Positions 14,382-29,602 of a DNA stretch of 64,000 nt are shown piece by piece (position 1 is the stretch's first letter; each line of letters starts with the position of its first letter). Both the position numbers and the translations under genes were made by a program. The notes beneath the pieces were generated by a model, which was not told the DNA's origin, searched no databases, and worked only from the letters and a program-made list of their open reading frames with translations. Source of the stretch: the human T2T-CHM13v2.0 reference genome, Homo sapiens; NCBI RefSeq assembly GCF_009914755.1, contig NC_060930.1. The stretch is one strand, 5' to 3'.

Positions 14382-15279
14382 CCAGCAGGTCCGGCTGCCC
14401 TCCTGCTTATCATCATCTGACATTGAATAAAGTTTGCTTATTTATTTTGATCAAGCTCTGTGGAGCAGAGATTGTTGCCTGTTTTGTTCAGTGCTGCATC
14501 TTCTATGTCTAAAATAATGCCTTCCTTGAACTATTTGATGGATCAGGGGTGTGGAAAGCTCTATGGTTTGCCTGGCCACGTGAGGGGGACTTCATCTGCA
14601 TTTCCATGAAGCTGGAGGATGAAGGTGGGAAGACGGGTGTCTGCTTCATGTTCATGCTACTCATGAAAACAACGACCAACACAGAAGATGAAAAGGACAT
14701 ACAAAGTAATGAAACTGATAACCAAGGGATAAGAGAGACATAATAATCACCACGTGGACACGCCTAAGTGCAGGTCGAAGCACCAGAATTCCAATTCTGT
14801 GATCATAGCCATGGTAATGACTTTGAGGCAGGCTCCATTTTGAAACATAAATAAACAGAAAAATGAATAGCTCTTCCTGTCAACAGGGTTGCTCTCCACA
14901 CTCTTGTACATAAAGAATGGTGATCTTTCACTCGGAAGAGCCAGCAAGGGATGACCCAGGAAATTGCACTGAGAAAACTTGCAGCTTCTATGAAAATAAA
15001 ATTAAATAGATATTTAATTCCATTCTTCAAATCCCAAACCTAGATCAAAAGAAGACCTTTCAAGAATCAGACACAGATGTGAGAGAATAATCATCTTAAA
15101 TCAAGATGTAGAATTTCCCAAGTAAAATCTCAGAAAATGAAAAGAGAAGTATTTATAAATATTATTTTATAAACAAAAAGTTGTATGTTTAAACTTTATA
15201 GAGCAAATTAAATTAAAAATAATAACTGGAAATAACCTTCAATAATACTTAATAAGTAACATATACCAACCAATAAAAA

Positions 15280-16250
15280 CAGTAAAATTGCTTTAAAACT
15301 TGACAAATGACATGAATAAAATATTTGCAGAAAAGGATAAGTCAAAATGGCTAAATCCATGTCAAAATGTGCAGAATAATATAATCTTATACTGTTTCAC
15401 CTATCAAATTAGCAAATAATTTTAAAAGTTCTATTCCTCATAGCCGGTGTGCATATGCTGAGAGAAGTCCTTTTTTTTCCTGTGGGAAACTTAATTGATA
15501 GGAAAATAATTAATTGAAAAATAATTTGACAGTATGTACCAATTTTCTTTAAAATAGTCATATTCTGGCTGGGCACAGTGGCTCACGTCTATACTCCCAA
15601 CACTTTGGGAGGCCTAGGTGGGTGAATCCCTTTAGCCCAGGAGTTGGAGACCAGCCCAGGCAACATGGCAAAACCCTGTCTCTACAAAAAATAAAAAATT
15701 AGCTGGATGTGGTGGCATGCCTGTAGTCCTGGCTACTCAGGAGGCTGGGGTGGGAGGATCGCTTGAACCCAGGAAGTCGAGACTGCAGTGAGCAGTGATC
15801 ACACCACGGAGTGAGACTCTGTCTCAAAATTTTTTTAAAAAGTCATTTTCTTTAGGCTAATCATCTCACTTTTAGAAGCCTATCCAAATAAAATAGTGAT
15901 AAATGAAGAAAAGTATGAGAATACACAAAGATATTCATTATAACATTATTTATAATAGAACTAATTTTGAGAGAATATAAATGCCTAACCTTAGGATAAT
16001 ATTAAATAAATTATTCCATTTTCATATTATTGGAGAGAGTAAATATTAAAACTGATATAAACAAAGAACTTTTAATATTGTAGGAACATTCTCATGAACA
16101 TAATAGTAAGCTTAAAAAGTCAAGATACAAACCTATACATGCAGTACAGCCTCATTTATAATATTGAACCAAAGAAAAGACATTCACCCAATTATCAACA
16201 GCAAATAATAGAGTCAAGAAGTGTATGCATAATCTTTATTTTCTTCTTTG
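15280..16250 (+). mobile_element. Old L1ME-like 3' fragment interrupted by an Alu
   Basis: A-rich with L1 3' motifs (TTTCACCTATCAAATTAGCAAA; ACAAAGATATTCATTATAACATTATTTATAATAG). Confidence 0.6.
15567..15835 (+). mobile_element. AluJ with short right-arm deletion
   Basis: AGCCCAGGAGTT and GGAGGATCGCTTGAACCCAGGA AluJ motifs; degenerate TSD TAAAA(T)AGTCAT(A/T)TTCT. Confidence 0.9.
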
Positions 16251-16433
16251 CTGCTGTGTGGTTTTCTATAAGGAACATTTTTATGCTTTTAATCAGAAAC
16301 ACAGGGTGAGAGTGAGAAAGTGCTCTATGAACGTCCAGCGTCAGGCTGGGCATTGGCCGCTTCTCAGCCCTGGCAGTGCTGGGGGTGAGCCGCGGGCTCC
16401 GGCCTCCACTTTCTCTGACAAATGCCTTAGTGA

Positions 16434-16810
16434 CTGCCATGAGCTGCATTGTGCCCCCCAAAATTTATGTTGACACCCCAGCCTCCAGTGTTTCAAAGTG
16501 TGACTTATTTGAAGACCAAGCCTCACGTAGATGATTACGTTAAAACAAGGTCCTTTGAGTGGGTGCCAATCCAATCTGACTGGTGTCCTTATCAGAAGCG
16601 GAGATTAGGATGCACAGAGAGACCCTGGATTCATGTGCACCGAGGGATGACCATGGGAAGGCACAGCACGAAGGCACCATCTGCAAGCCAAGGAGAACCC
16701 CCTGGAAAACCAACCTGCCCACACCCAGGTCTCAGCCTCCAGCCTCCGTGTCTGTGGTTAAACCATGCAGTCTGTGGTGCTTGTCAAGGCAGCCCTGGCC
16801 GACCGACGGT
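16434..16810 (+). mobile_element. MaLR solo LTR (MLT1B-like)
   Basis: TTGTGCCCCCCAAAATTTATGTTGA...AATCCAATCTGACTGGTGTCCTTAT...CCATCTGCAAGCCAAGGAGA. Confidence 0.8.
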
Positions 16811-17554
16811 TTCTGTGATTGGAATTGCTGCCTGTAAATATGAGTGAGAGCCCAGCCGATAGAGATGCATGAGGCCTGCAGAAGCTTGGCACATCGATGG
16901 TGCGGTGGCAGAGGTGGTGAGGGTGTTAGCCAGGAACGTGGTCTGCAAGGCAATATTCCTTCGCAAGGCGGGTATTAGAAAAAAGACTGTGCAAGTTGAT
17001 GTCTACACACAGTGCTGAGCACCTTCACGCTGATGAACTCTCACCATTCTTGACTGAAGAAACAGGGTGTGATGGGTAATTGGAAAAAGCAAAAACGCTG
17101 AACAGGACATCTGTGAAGCATTGGTTTTAAAGTTGGGAAAATATGAAAAATCCAGACACACCTGTGGAAAGAACATGCCCTGAAGGTACAGGTAAGGCTA
17201 GCCCAGGGAGGGAAGGAGAGAGCCACAGGCAGGGAGGGCGCAGCCAGCTGCCTGTCAATCCCCCAGCCACCTGCCCCTCTATCCCCCGGCTGCAAGGTGA
17301 TGGACAGCTCGGTTGTCAGCATTTCCTGCGTGAGTGTTCTACAGTGTGACCTGTGAAACAGGGTTATACTTCTCCAGAGCAGGCAGATATCTGATTACAA
17401 ACAACTGCAGTTGTATGCAATACTTGCAATACTCAATTACAACACACACTTAATTTATTTTTAAATCACAGAAATATATATATTTTTTCCTACTGCTCTA
17501 ACCTTCCCTGAAGGTTCTAAGTTAGCACCTTGCTTGCAGGGGTATGACAGAGTT

Positions 17555-17580
17555 TGCTCTCTCATTCCCTTTCTCTCTTA

Positions 17581-17612
<32 letters not shown>

Positions 17613-17705
17613 CCTCTTTCACTCTCCCTTTCCCTTTCCCTCCCTCTTCTTACGTCTTTTTTTCCTCTCTCTCTCTTATTCACTCCTCCACCCTCTCTCT
17701 CCCCT
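17555..17705. repeat. CT-rich polypyrimidine tract
   Basis: (CT)n and TCCC runs. Confidence 0.85.
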
Positions 17706-18234
17706 ACTGCCATCTGAACTTATTAAAAATTCCAAACACATGTACCAGTGGAGACCTGTGATTCCCTCCATGTTCTCCTCACCTGGCTGCAACAATTATT
17801 GAGGCAAGGCCAGTTTTGTTTCACCGAACGTCCCCACCCGCTGGCTCTGGTTTCATCTGCTGTCCCCTGCCCTTGCCCAGGTTCTCAACTCCCCAGATAT
17901 TTTGAAGCACATTCCTGCCCGCAGCCCACACCTCCCTAGACAGCCCCAGAAATCACCCTTTGATTTGCCGTGATGTCGCAGCTTTCCCGCAGATGAAGTT
18001 GGCAGTGAGCTGAGATTCCACCTGGTAAGTACGAGGTGGCATCCTTGGGACCTGATGCCTAGCTTCTCATTCGTCTTTTGGAAAATGTGTTGTAATTTGG
18101 CACGGTGTGACAGCAAGTGACTTAATATGATTTTAGTGGAACTGGGGTTCAGAGGGCTGAGAGGGTTTACAAAATGGGTAACTTTTCTTAAGACATGTGT
18201 ACATGTCTGTATGACAGATGAATAGTGATCTGGT

Positions 18235-18316
18235 ATAGAGACAGACAGATGATGAGAGATGGATGGATAGATATCGAGAGAGAGAGAGAGAGAGAGTGTG
18301 TGTGTGCATGTGCGCA
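18235..18316. repeat. Compound GATA/(GA)n/(GT)n simple repeat
   Basis: Visible directly. Confidence 0.8.
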
Positions 18317-18496
18317 CTCTGCTCTAAAGGCTTTCTATAAAATGCCTCTTATTAGAATTTTCTTAGGCAACCTTTTATATTTTACTTTGCCATAGCTAAG
18401 CCCTTATGTAAATATGCTTTCAAAAATAAATATCCAGTTGATGACTTCACCATTGAGCTTGCTGTACTAAAACATGTGCTAACTCAAATTCATCAG

Positions 18497-19497
18497 TTTT
18501 TTTCAGCTGTATTGAAGTACAATTGACAAATAAAAATTATATATACTTATAATGTACAATGCGATGTTCCAATACGTGTGTACATTGTGAAATGATTAAA
18601 TCAAGTGAATTAACATATCTATCATCCATATACTTATGACTTTGTCTTGTGAGAACATTTAAAATATTCTTTCTTAGCAATTTTCAAATATCCAATACAT
18701 TATTATTAATTATGGTCACCATGCTGTATGGAGATCACGACTTACTCCTCCTGTCTCACTGAAACTCTGTTCCCTTTGACCAACATCTCCCCTTTTCCCA
18801 TGTAGCCACTGCCTTCACCCAGGCCCTACTCTCTGCCTCTGAGTTTGACTTTTTTAGATTCCATTTATAAGTGAGATTATGCAGCCTTTGTCTTTCTGTG
18901 CCTGGCTTATTTCGCTTAACATAATGTCCTCCAGATTTGTTCATATTGTGGCAAATGACAGGATTTCACTCTGTTTTAAGGCTGCATAATATTTCATTGT
19001 ATGTATGTACTACCTTTTCTTTATCCATTCATCTGTGATGGACACTTAGGTGGATTCCAGGTTGTGGCCATTGTGAACAGTGTTGCAGTGAACATGGGGA
19101 TGTAGATATCTCCTCAATGCATTGATTTCAATTCCTTTGGAGATACATATCCAGAGGTCAGGCTGTGGGACTATATGGTAGTTCTAGTTTTAATTTTTTG
19201 AGGATCCTCCATAGTGATCACCATAATGGCTGGACTAACGTACAGTTGCATCTGCAGTGTGTAAGAGTTCTCTTTCTTCCATGCCTTCACTAACATTTAA
19301 CTTTTTTGAGAATGGTCATTCTGACTTGAGTGAGATGATATTTTATTGTGGTTTTAATCTATATGTCCCTAATGATGAGAGATGTTGAGTTTTCAAAAAT
19401 GTACCTGTTGACCATTTGTATATCTTCTTTTGAGAAGTGTTTGTTCATGTTCTTTGTCCGCGTTTTAATTGGGTTATTTGCATTTTTGCTACTGAGC
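18497..19497 (-). mobile_element. L1MA/MB 3' end (non-inverted part of a 5'-inverted L1)
   Basis: Antisense L1 3'UTR/ORF2 end (TTCCATTTATAAGTGAGAT; CCATTTGTATATCTTCTTTTGAGAA). Confidence 0.88.
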
Positions 19498-19499
19498 TG

Positions 19500-20940
19500 A
19501 TATGCCAAAAACACAAGATGAAGGACTAAAATCATGTGATGATCACAGCAGATTCAGAAAAAGCGTTTGGTAAAATTCAACATCCTTTCATGATTAAAAG
19601 CCCTCAACAACTTAGGTGTAGAAGGAATGCACCTCAACACAATAAAGACCATATTAACAAACACTTGGATAACATGACGTTCATCCATGAAAAGCTGATG
19701 GACTTTCCTCTAAGATCAGGAATAAGACAAGAATCCCCACACTCACCACATCTACTCAACACAGCATTGGAAGTCCTAGCCAAAACAATTAGGCAAGAAA
19801 AAGGAATTAATGAAACCCAAATTGAGAAAAAAGATGTTACATTGTCTCTGTTTGCCCATGGCATAATCTTATATGTAGAAAACCCTAAAGACTCCGTCAA
19901 AAAACTGCTATAAATAATAAACAAATTTGGTAAGTTTGCAAGATAGAAAATCAACATGTAGAAATCAGTCTAGCCACAAAAGAAATCAAGGAAACAATCC
20001 CAGTTACAATAGCAAAAATTAAAAATATTTTGAAATAAATTTAACCAAGAAGGTGAAAGTTTTATGCACTGAAACTATAAAACACTGATTAAAAAAAAAT
20101 CAAAGTTGGAAATCAATGAAAAGATAGCTTACATTCATGTATTAGAAAAAATGCTATTTTAAAAAAGTCCATACTACCCAAAGGAACTTATAGATTTAAT
20201 GCAATGTTTATCAAAAGCCCAATGATGTGTTTTCACAAAAATATAAAAAAGGAATCTTAAAATTCCTATGGAACTACAAAAAAAATCCCACATAGCTAAA
20301 GTTGAATCTGAGCAAGAAGAACAAAGCTGGAGTCATCACACTGCCTGATTTCAACATGTGCTAGACAGCCACTGCCATCCAAACAGCATGGTGCTGGCAT
20401 AAAAACAGACGCATTGACCACTGGAGCAGTGTAGGGAGCCCAGAAATAAATCCACATTTTTATGGTCAGTTGATCTTTGAGAAATTGCTAAGAATACACA
20501 ATGGAGAAATGATAGTTTCCTCAATAGTGTTGGGCAACTGGATGTCCATGGCAGGAGAGTAGGAGTGGATGCCAATCTCACACTAGATACAAAATTAGCT
20601 TGAAGTGTATCAGTGACTTAAATGTAAGACCTGCCAATGTAAAACTCCTAGAAAAAAACAAGGGAAAAAGCTTCATGACATTGCTCTGGGCAGAGTCTTT
20701 GAATATGACCCCAAAAGACAGGCAACAAAAGCAAAAATAGACAAATGGAATTGCATCCAAATTAAAAGCTTCTTCACAACAAAGGGAACAAGTAAAGAAT
20801 GAAGAGACAGCCTATAGAGTGGGAGATATTTGAAGCCATACATCTGATAGGGGGTTCATATCCAAAATAGACAAGGAATTCGATCTACTCAATAGCAAGA
20901 ACACCACCCAATTAATAAGTGTGCGAATAATCTGAATAAT
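19500..20940 (+). mobile_element. L1 ORF2 RT region, decayed (inverted part of the same L1)
   Basis: ORF 19536-19913 reads DSEKAFGKIQHPFMIK...SGIRQESPHSP...LSLFAHGIILYVENPKDS, matching L1 RT with the FADD motif destroyed. Confidence 0.92.
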
Positions 20941-21920
20941 CATTGATTTTAAGTGTTTTCAATGCCTAGCATTTACTAATAATCTGTGACACAGGAATAG
21001 AGCCACACCCTCAAATTTACGCTTTTATGAATTACCTAAAGGAAGTTTCGATCAACTGTCAACTGAAGGATCGGACTATGATTACAGATTTCTCAGTATT
21101 CTTCCTGCCTCTCACCTCCCCCCCGCCCCAAGTCCCCTGCACACCATGCACACCCACGGGTCTTCTCAAAACTGTGGATTTTGTCTTGCCAGCCCTACTG
21201 CGATATTTCACTGGCTTCGTGTTGCTTTTGTGAGACGTAAACCTTCACAGTGGGTGTGGGTGTGGCACACTCGCGCTGACTTTGCTTCGCATGCGCCCTG
21301 ACCTGGCCTGGTGCAGTGCTGTCTCCTGTCTCCACTCCCCATCCTCCAAGGAAGCCCAGGCTTCATGGGAAGAGTGCCCTAAATACCACTTTCCCTTCTC
21401 TGGGACCCCAACCCTGCCGTCTTCATCTCCCTCTGTACCTATGGAAAATGACTGCAATTTCAGCAGTTCTTTCTAGAGGCTGGGTTTGGGCACCTCGATT
21501 AGACTATGAACTTGTAGGTGTCAGGAGTCACACATCTTTCTTTTCTGTCACCTTCCCGCCAGTCGGTTTCTGCAACCAACACACACGGTTCGTCGCTGTG
21601 AGTCAGCCTGTGGACTGGAAAGGCGGGGCATGGCACACAGGGACAGCGCTGAACTTTCCAAACCACAGGAAGAAATCAGCATTTTTGGAAGAACAAGTGA
21701 GTGGATGAATGAATGCCGTCGAGATGGCTGAGAAAACAGTTGCATGGAAGGGAGGAGAAATTCTTCTGGTTGTGGGGGAGGTGATTTGGGATTAGGAAAA
21801 GCTTCATGGAAGAATTGACATCTGTTCTGGGACGAGATTTTGATGTTTGGAGACAATGCAGAACATTTCATGAACAAGGAATAAAACGCATGGTTTTCTG
21901 AGAAAAAAGTAAATAATCTG

Positions 21921-22241
21921 GGCCAGGTGCAGCAGCTCACGCCTGTCATCCCAGCACGTTGGGAGGTTGAGGAGGGAGGATCACTTGAGCCCAGGAGTTC
22001 AAAACCAGCCAGGAGAACATAGGGAGACTCCCATATCTACAAAATAAAAATAAAAATAAAAATTAGCTAGGCATTATTATATTATAAAAACAAAAATAAA
22101 AAAATATTTTATAAAATAATATTAAAATAAAAATTAGCTCATGCCTGTGGTCTCAGCTACTCAGTAGGCTGAGGTGGGAGGATCACTTGAGCCCAGGAGG
22201 CCAAGGCTGCAGAAAGCTGTGATTGTGCCCCTCACTTCAGC
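21921..22241 (+). mobile_element. AluJ with expanded AT-rich linker, 3'-truncated
   Basis: Two GGATCACTTGAGCCCAGGAG motifs; AAAATTAGCT duplicated within 22040-22140. Confidence 0.88.
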
Positions 22242-23789
22242 TATAAAGGGACAGCTGAGTTTCTAACAAAGCTTAATTCATCAAAGCAGTATGTTTCAAT
22301 GACATACAAGAGACTAGCTTTAGAGAGTTTATCAAAGTAACTTCCCATAAGTATTTTAATAATAAATATTCTAAGTAGCTTTAAGCTGCATTTATGTACA
22401 GTGAAATCATAATTGTGTTGATTTTAAAAAAAGAACCAAAAAGCCCCCTAAAAGCTTCTGTTGTCTTTCATTCTGCATACCCGGGTGCCTGGGACTCCTC
22501 TGCTATTTTTGACCTTGACCTTGCAAGTTTACTGCAGAAGAATTCACAAATTCCAGTGGTAAACAAAAGAAGAAAAGAACCAGATGGCACCAGATAGCTG
22601 TTCTCTCAAAAAAGGAGCTCTGCGAACCCTGTCTTTTCCACTTCCGCTTTCCAACACAATGGAGTTTGTACCATATAATTATTTCCATCAAACCAGGATA
22701 CTTTCAAAAATGGAAAAAGGATTGTTACTGTGGGACCACAGGCCTCAATCAGGAGTTTCCCAGGCAAAGGTGGATGAATGTCAAATGCCAGTCGTGTTCT
22801 CTAATCAATTAATCATGCTTTGCTGAATTTGAGTGATGGAAACTTGTACCATACAAGAAATGTCAGTACTCAACTGTGGATAAAGCGTCGTCTTCAGGAG
22901 GTGAAATCCATGAGGTTGGGAGTAGGTTAAATTGTGAAGGCCTGTGGATACTATTATATGAGCATATTAATCTTTTAAATGATTAATTTATTGATAATCT
23001 GATAGATAATTTGCATGATCTTATTTGGATCTTCTGCTTAGGCATTATTATACTGGTCGTGTAAGCAAGGAAACATCCAGAAAGGTGGGGTACCTTCCCT
23101 GAGATCACAGCGCTAGTGCTGGTGGAGAAACCGGATGGAAGCCAGGTCTCTCTGATCCCAGCTGTAGTCATCCCCCGTGCTGCTACATACTGGTCTGCAG
23201 GTGTGTGATTTATTTTATTAGAAGCAGAGAGCCATTCAAGTTATTAAATCTGGTGATCACGCTGACACTTCTGTCTTGAAAGAATAATTCTGGTTAAGAA
23301 GTAAAAGATGGACTGATGGGAGAGGACCTAGAGGCAGGGAAACAAGCTGCTGAATTATCACACTAAGAGTCTGAAATGGAGCAGGTGCAGTAGAAATAGA
23401 ACGGCACGATGTGTAGAGGACGGAAAGGCAGAAGGAAGCAGAGGGAAGAGACAGAGCTTCTCAGTGTAATTGGCTGTGTATGTGGTAATAACAGAACAGT
23501 AGAAAGAAATAGACAAAGTGAGGTGAGCTCTAAGCTAGATACACATTCATCATGTTCATACTGGCAATGGTCCGAGCTACGGTGCAGAGGAGACACTGTG
23601 CCCGTCCAGTGCACTGCACCATTATTTACGGGTAAATAGAAAAGTCTTAGTTTATTTAATGTTTAAATATTTCCTTTTGTTCATTGGATTATTTGACATT
23701 ATTCTTTTTGACATCTTGATGTGTTAGTAACTTTACATTTTATATTAGGGTCATTTGCAATAGCTTAATGGAGAATCAAGTGTTTCTCA

Positions 23790-26040
<2,251 letters not shown>

Positions 26041-26041
26041 C

Positions 26042-26203
26042 CACGGGTGTCTAACCTTTGGGCTTCCCTGAGCCACACATAAAATACACGAATACTAGCC
26101 ATAGCTGATGAGCTTAAAAAAATGGTTTGTGCATGATTTTCATGATATCCACCACCGCAAATAAGCAAACAAGTCCTTATATTCAAAGGGTTGGACATCC
26201 GTG
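26042..26203 (+). mobile_element. MER30-family hAT element (MER30B-like)
   Basis: TIRs CACGGGTGTCTAACC / GGTTGGACATCCGTG; internal ATAGCTGATGAGCTT. Confidence 0.8.
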
Positions 26204-26906
26204 CCTACAGCATGTGGACACTGAGCTCCCAGCCTTTTGTTAAAGCTTTTCATTTCATTTTTAAGCTTGGCTTTCTAAGATTTATATCTAGGCCAGTGTA
26301 ATTTAGTGATCAATCAACGATGGGTCAGTTTTCTGGCATGACTTCCATGTACATTTGGGCCATCTCTGCGAGAAGGCTTTGCCTTCCATTGTCAGGCAGT
26401 TTATGAGACAGCCTTTGCTTTTACCTTCTGCTTGCACAGGGCCTCGAGGTCAGCCAGGGGTGAGGGGCTCCTGCCTTCTTCCTCCCCAGAGCTGTCCTAG
26501 GAGTGCCAGCAGTCTGGCAGACATGCTCGGCCTTGCAGGCACCCAGCTCTCCTATGTTCATACGTATCCAGGATTTCCCTTTAAATTTCTGGTCAGTTTA
26601 AATTTCTGCTCTCAGTTTGCCCCAACTGAAGTCTATTTCTATTGCTTTGGTAATGCTTTTAGGTTCTCCATTCTGTCCTCTCAACCCCAGACACCCCCAA
26701 CTGAGCTAAGAGTCAAGTGTAACAGCCCCACACTGAATATAGAGATTTCCCAGGGAGCTGCAAGTTCCTGTGAAATATTGACTATGTTCTGGGCATGTTG
26801 TTTTTAATGGAATATTGAAATTGGTAACATTTCTTTACCAGCTTTTGACTACCACAAATGGGCTAAGGAGGGAGGAAAAATGAATGTAGCCCCAAATTAA
26901 AGTTCT

Positions 26907-27310
26907 GGGGTCCTGATCCAGACCCCAGGAGAGGGTTCTTGGATCTCACACAAGAAGGAATTCAGGGTGAGTCCACAGTGCAGAGTAAAAAAGGATGAGT
27001 TCATGTCCTTTGCAGAGACATGGATGAAGCTGGAAACCATCATTCTCAGCAAACTAACACAGGAACAAAAAACCAAACACCGCATGTTCTCACTCATAAA
27101 CGGGAGTTGAACAATGAGAACACATGGACACAAGGAGGGGAACATCACACACTGGGGCCTGTCACAGGGTGGGGAGCTAGGGGAGGGAGAGCATTAGGAG
27201 AAATACCTAATGTAGATGACGGGTTGATGGGTCAGCAAACCACCATGGCACGTGTATACCTATGTAACAAACCTGCACGTTCTGCACATGTATCCTGGAA
27301 CTTAAAGTAT

Positions 27311-27358
<48 letters not shown>

Positions 27359-27815
27359 GCAAGTTTATGAAGAAAGTAAAGGAATAAAAGAATGGCTACT
27401 CCATAGACAGAGCAGCCCCAAGAGCTGCTGGTTGCCCATTTTTATGGCTATTTCTTGATGATATGCTAAACAAGGGGTGGATTATTCCTATCTCCTCTTT
27501 TTAAACCATTAGGGTAACTTCCTGACATTGTCATGGTACTTGTAAACTGTCATGGCGCTGGTGGGAGTGTAGCAGTGAGGACAGCCAGAGGTCACTCTTG
27601 TTGCCATTTTGGATTTGGTGGGTTTTGGCCGGCTCCTTTACTGCAACCTGTTTTATCAGCAAGGTCTTTGTGGTCTGTATTTTGTGCTGACCTCTTATTT
27701 CATCCTGTGACTTAGAATGCCTTCACCATCTGGGAATGCAGCCCAGTAGGTCTCAGCCTCGTTTTACCCAGCTCCTATTTAAGATGGAGTTGCTCAGGTT
27801 CACACGCCTCTGACA
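26907..27815 (-). mobile_element. MER41 solo LTR (ERV1; MER41A-like) interrupted by L1PA
   Basis: GATCCAGACCCC...GGATCTC; AAAGAATGGCTACTCCATAG; ends GATGGAGTTGCTC...CGCCTCTGACA. Confidence 0.9.
26987..27357 (+). mobile_element. 5'-truncated L1PA (L1PA7-like) 3'UTR with (AAT)n tail
   Basis: GGATGAGTTCATGTCCTTTGCAG...GAAGCTGGAAACCATCATTCTCAGCAAAC...AACCTGCACGTTCTGCACATGTATCC; (AAT) x about 15. Confidence 0.95.
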
Positions 27816-29342
27816 GTGCCACCTATCTATTTCACCAGCCTCCTGGTTTCCTTTGGATAGAGAATTTTCAGTGCATTCTTTGCTTTGGTGAATTACCAGA
27901 ATTCTGAACTGGCTTATTTTAGTTGTTTTGCAAGTATTTTCACTGTTTTCGTTGGAAAGCAAGCTCACTGAGGTCTCACGTTCCAGAAGCCAGTCTCTTT
28001 CAATGGTATTTGGTGATTGCTAATCTAGAGATAACAATTAGAAAACAAACCCAATCTGGTGTATTTAAAAAAATACTCAGTGCATTCTAGGAAACTTCTG
28101 GGAATGTTATATTATTTAAAATTTATATTATGCTGTAAACTGCAAAGAACATTATTTCCTTATAGTTTTGGGTGCATTGTCATTAATATATATGGAACAA
28201 AATAATCTGAAGATATTCTAATATACATATATATTTTTACTCATACACTATAATACTGAAAATAATAAATGAGGTACAATCATTTTACATACCTCATTAT
28301 TGTTATTACTTCTTTTTAAAATAACCTCTTTGAGTTATTATTCACAAATTGAAATGGGAGCATCACAAAAATCCTCAGAATTCTCTGGAATTGCTCAGCT
28401 AGGGTGCTGCAAGCATCCACACTCTGGACTCACGGGACTTAATGGAAATCAGAGTAATTAAAACAAAGACATAAAACGACATTATCGATTAAGTGTAGCA
28501 GGGAAAAATCGAACACTGCATATTGTGGCTTGAATGGTGAAGTCTTGCTGCAGCAGATGCTTTACTGACCTAACGGTATCCTCTCCGTTTTCCCAAGTGA
28601 CATGCTTGTAGCTTCCTATGAAATAAAAAGCACTTGGGAAAAGTTATATGGTCTGGCTATGTGAATTATTAAGTTTGGAGCAACCAAGAACTCATAGACT
28701 TCTTCTGGGACATTCATTCAAATTAAATTTATATAGGTTTGAATAGTTGCAGAAAATTTCAATGTATCCATTATTGATATTTTTTGTGAAAAACCTTGAA
28801 ACAAATAGAGTTTATATGTTAATACTTTACACATTCTTTTTAGATTTTTTAAATATTGAATCAAAATATTCAACCTTCTTATGCCTTTTGTGTAATCTCA
28901 GAATACTTGCCTGGACTCTGCAGGGAGAGCCCAGAAGTGGCTTCATGTTCTCTGACTTTGTGCTGCGTTTTCAGCTGCAGATATGTCACAGATTTTGGTG
29001 AAAGTAATTCCTTTGGCACTTAATCATGCATTAGTAGATTTATATTGAAAGATTTTATTGCTGTTTAACTTCCCATATGTTTTCTTTTCTTTTTACTATC
29101 ACTCTCAACTATATTGTGAGTACTTTAAAGACAAAAAACAATATTATCCTCTAAAAAATAGTTCTATACTGGCCAGGACTTTGCCTTCTAATTAGTATAA
29201 TGGCATTTATAAATGTTATTAAGTAAAACTTATGCAACTATCTAAGCAGTATCACCCTTAATAAAGTAAAGTGAATCTGAGGTCCCAGAAGACTGGAAGA
29301 AAAAGAGAACAAACTTAAACTAAAGCACAAAATGACTGCTTT

Positions 29343-29602
29343 ACCTGAGTGTCACTACTAAGGCCATCTCTGTTCTGTGGGTGGCGGTGTGAGATCTTCT
29401 GCTTCAGACCTGAGTGTCATTACTAAGACCATCTCTGTTCTCTTGGTGGCGATGTGGGATCTTCTGCTTCAGACCTGAGTGTCATTACTAAGGCCATCTC
29501 TGTTCTGTGGGTGGAGGTGTGGGATCTTCTGCTGAAGACCTGAGTGTCATTACTAAGACCATCTCTGTTCTGTGGGTGGAGGTGTGGGATCTGCTGCTTC
29601 AG
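29343..29602. repeat. Minisatellite, 65-bp unit x4
   Basis: ACCTGAGTGTCA(C/T)TACTAAG at 29343, 29408, 29473 and 29538. Confidence 0.95.

Noticed and set aside
13841-14423. Repeat-protein-like ORFs and CRISPR-like periodicity
   Set aside because: Head-to-tail 51-bp units with no unique spacers; eukaryotic DNA with no cas genes. The same applies to the other VNTRs
19536-19913. Reverse transcriptase ORF as an active gene
   Set aside because: Fragment of dead L1 ORF2 with FADD mutated to FAHG, and surrounding stops and frameshifts
22481-22800. Longer version of the 22.5-kb exon using the AG at 22801
   Set aside because: No polypyrimidine tract there; the acceptor at 22532 is much better
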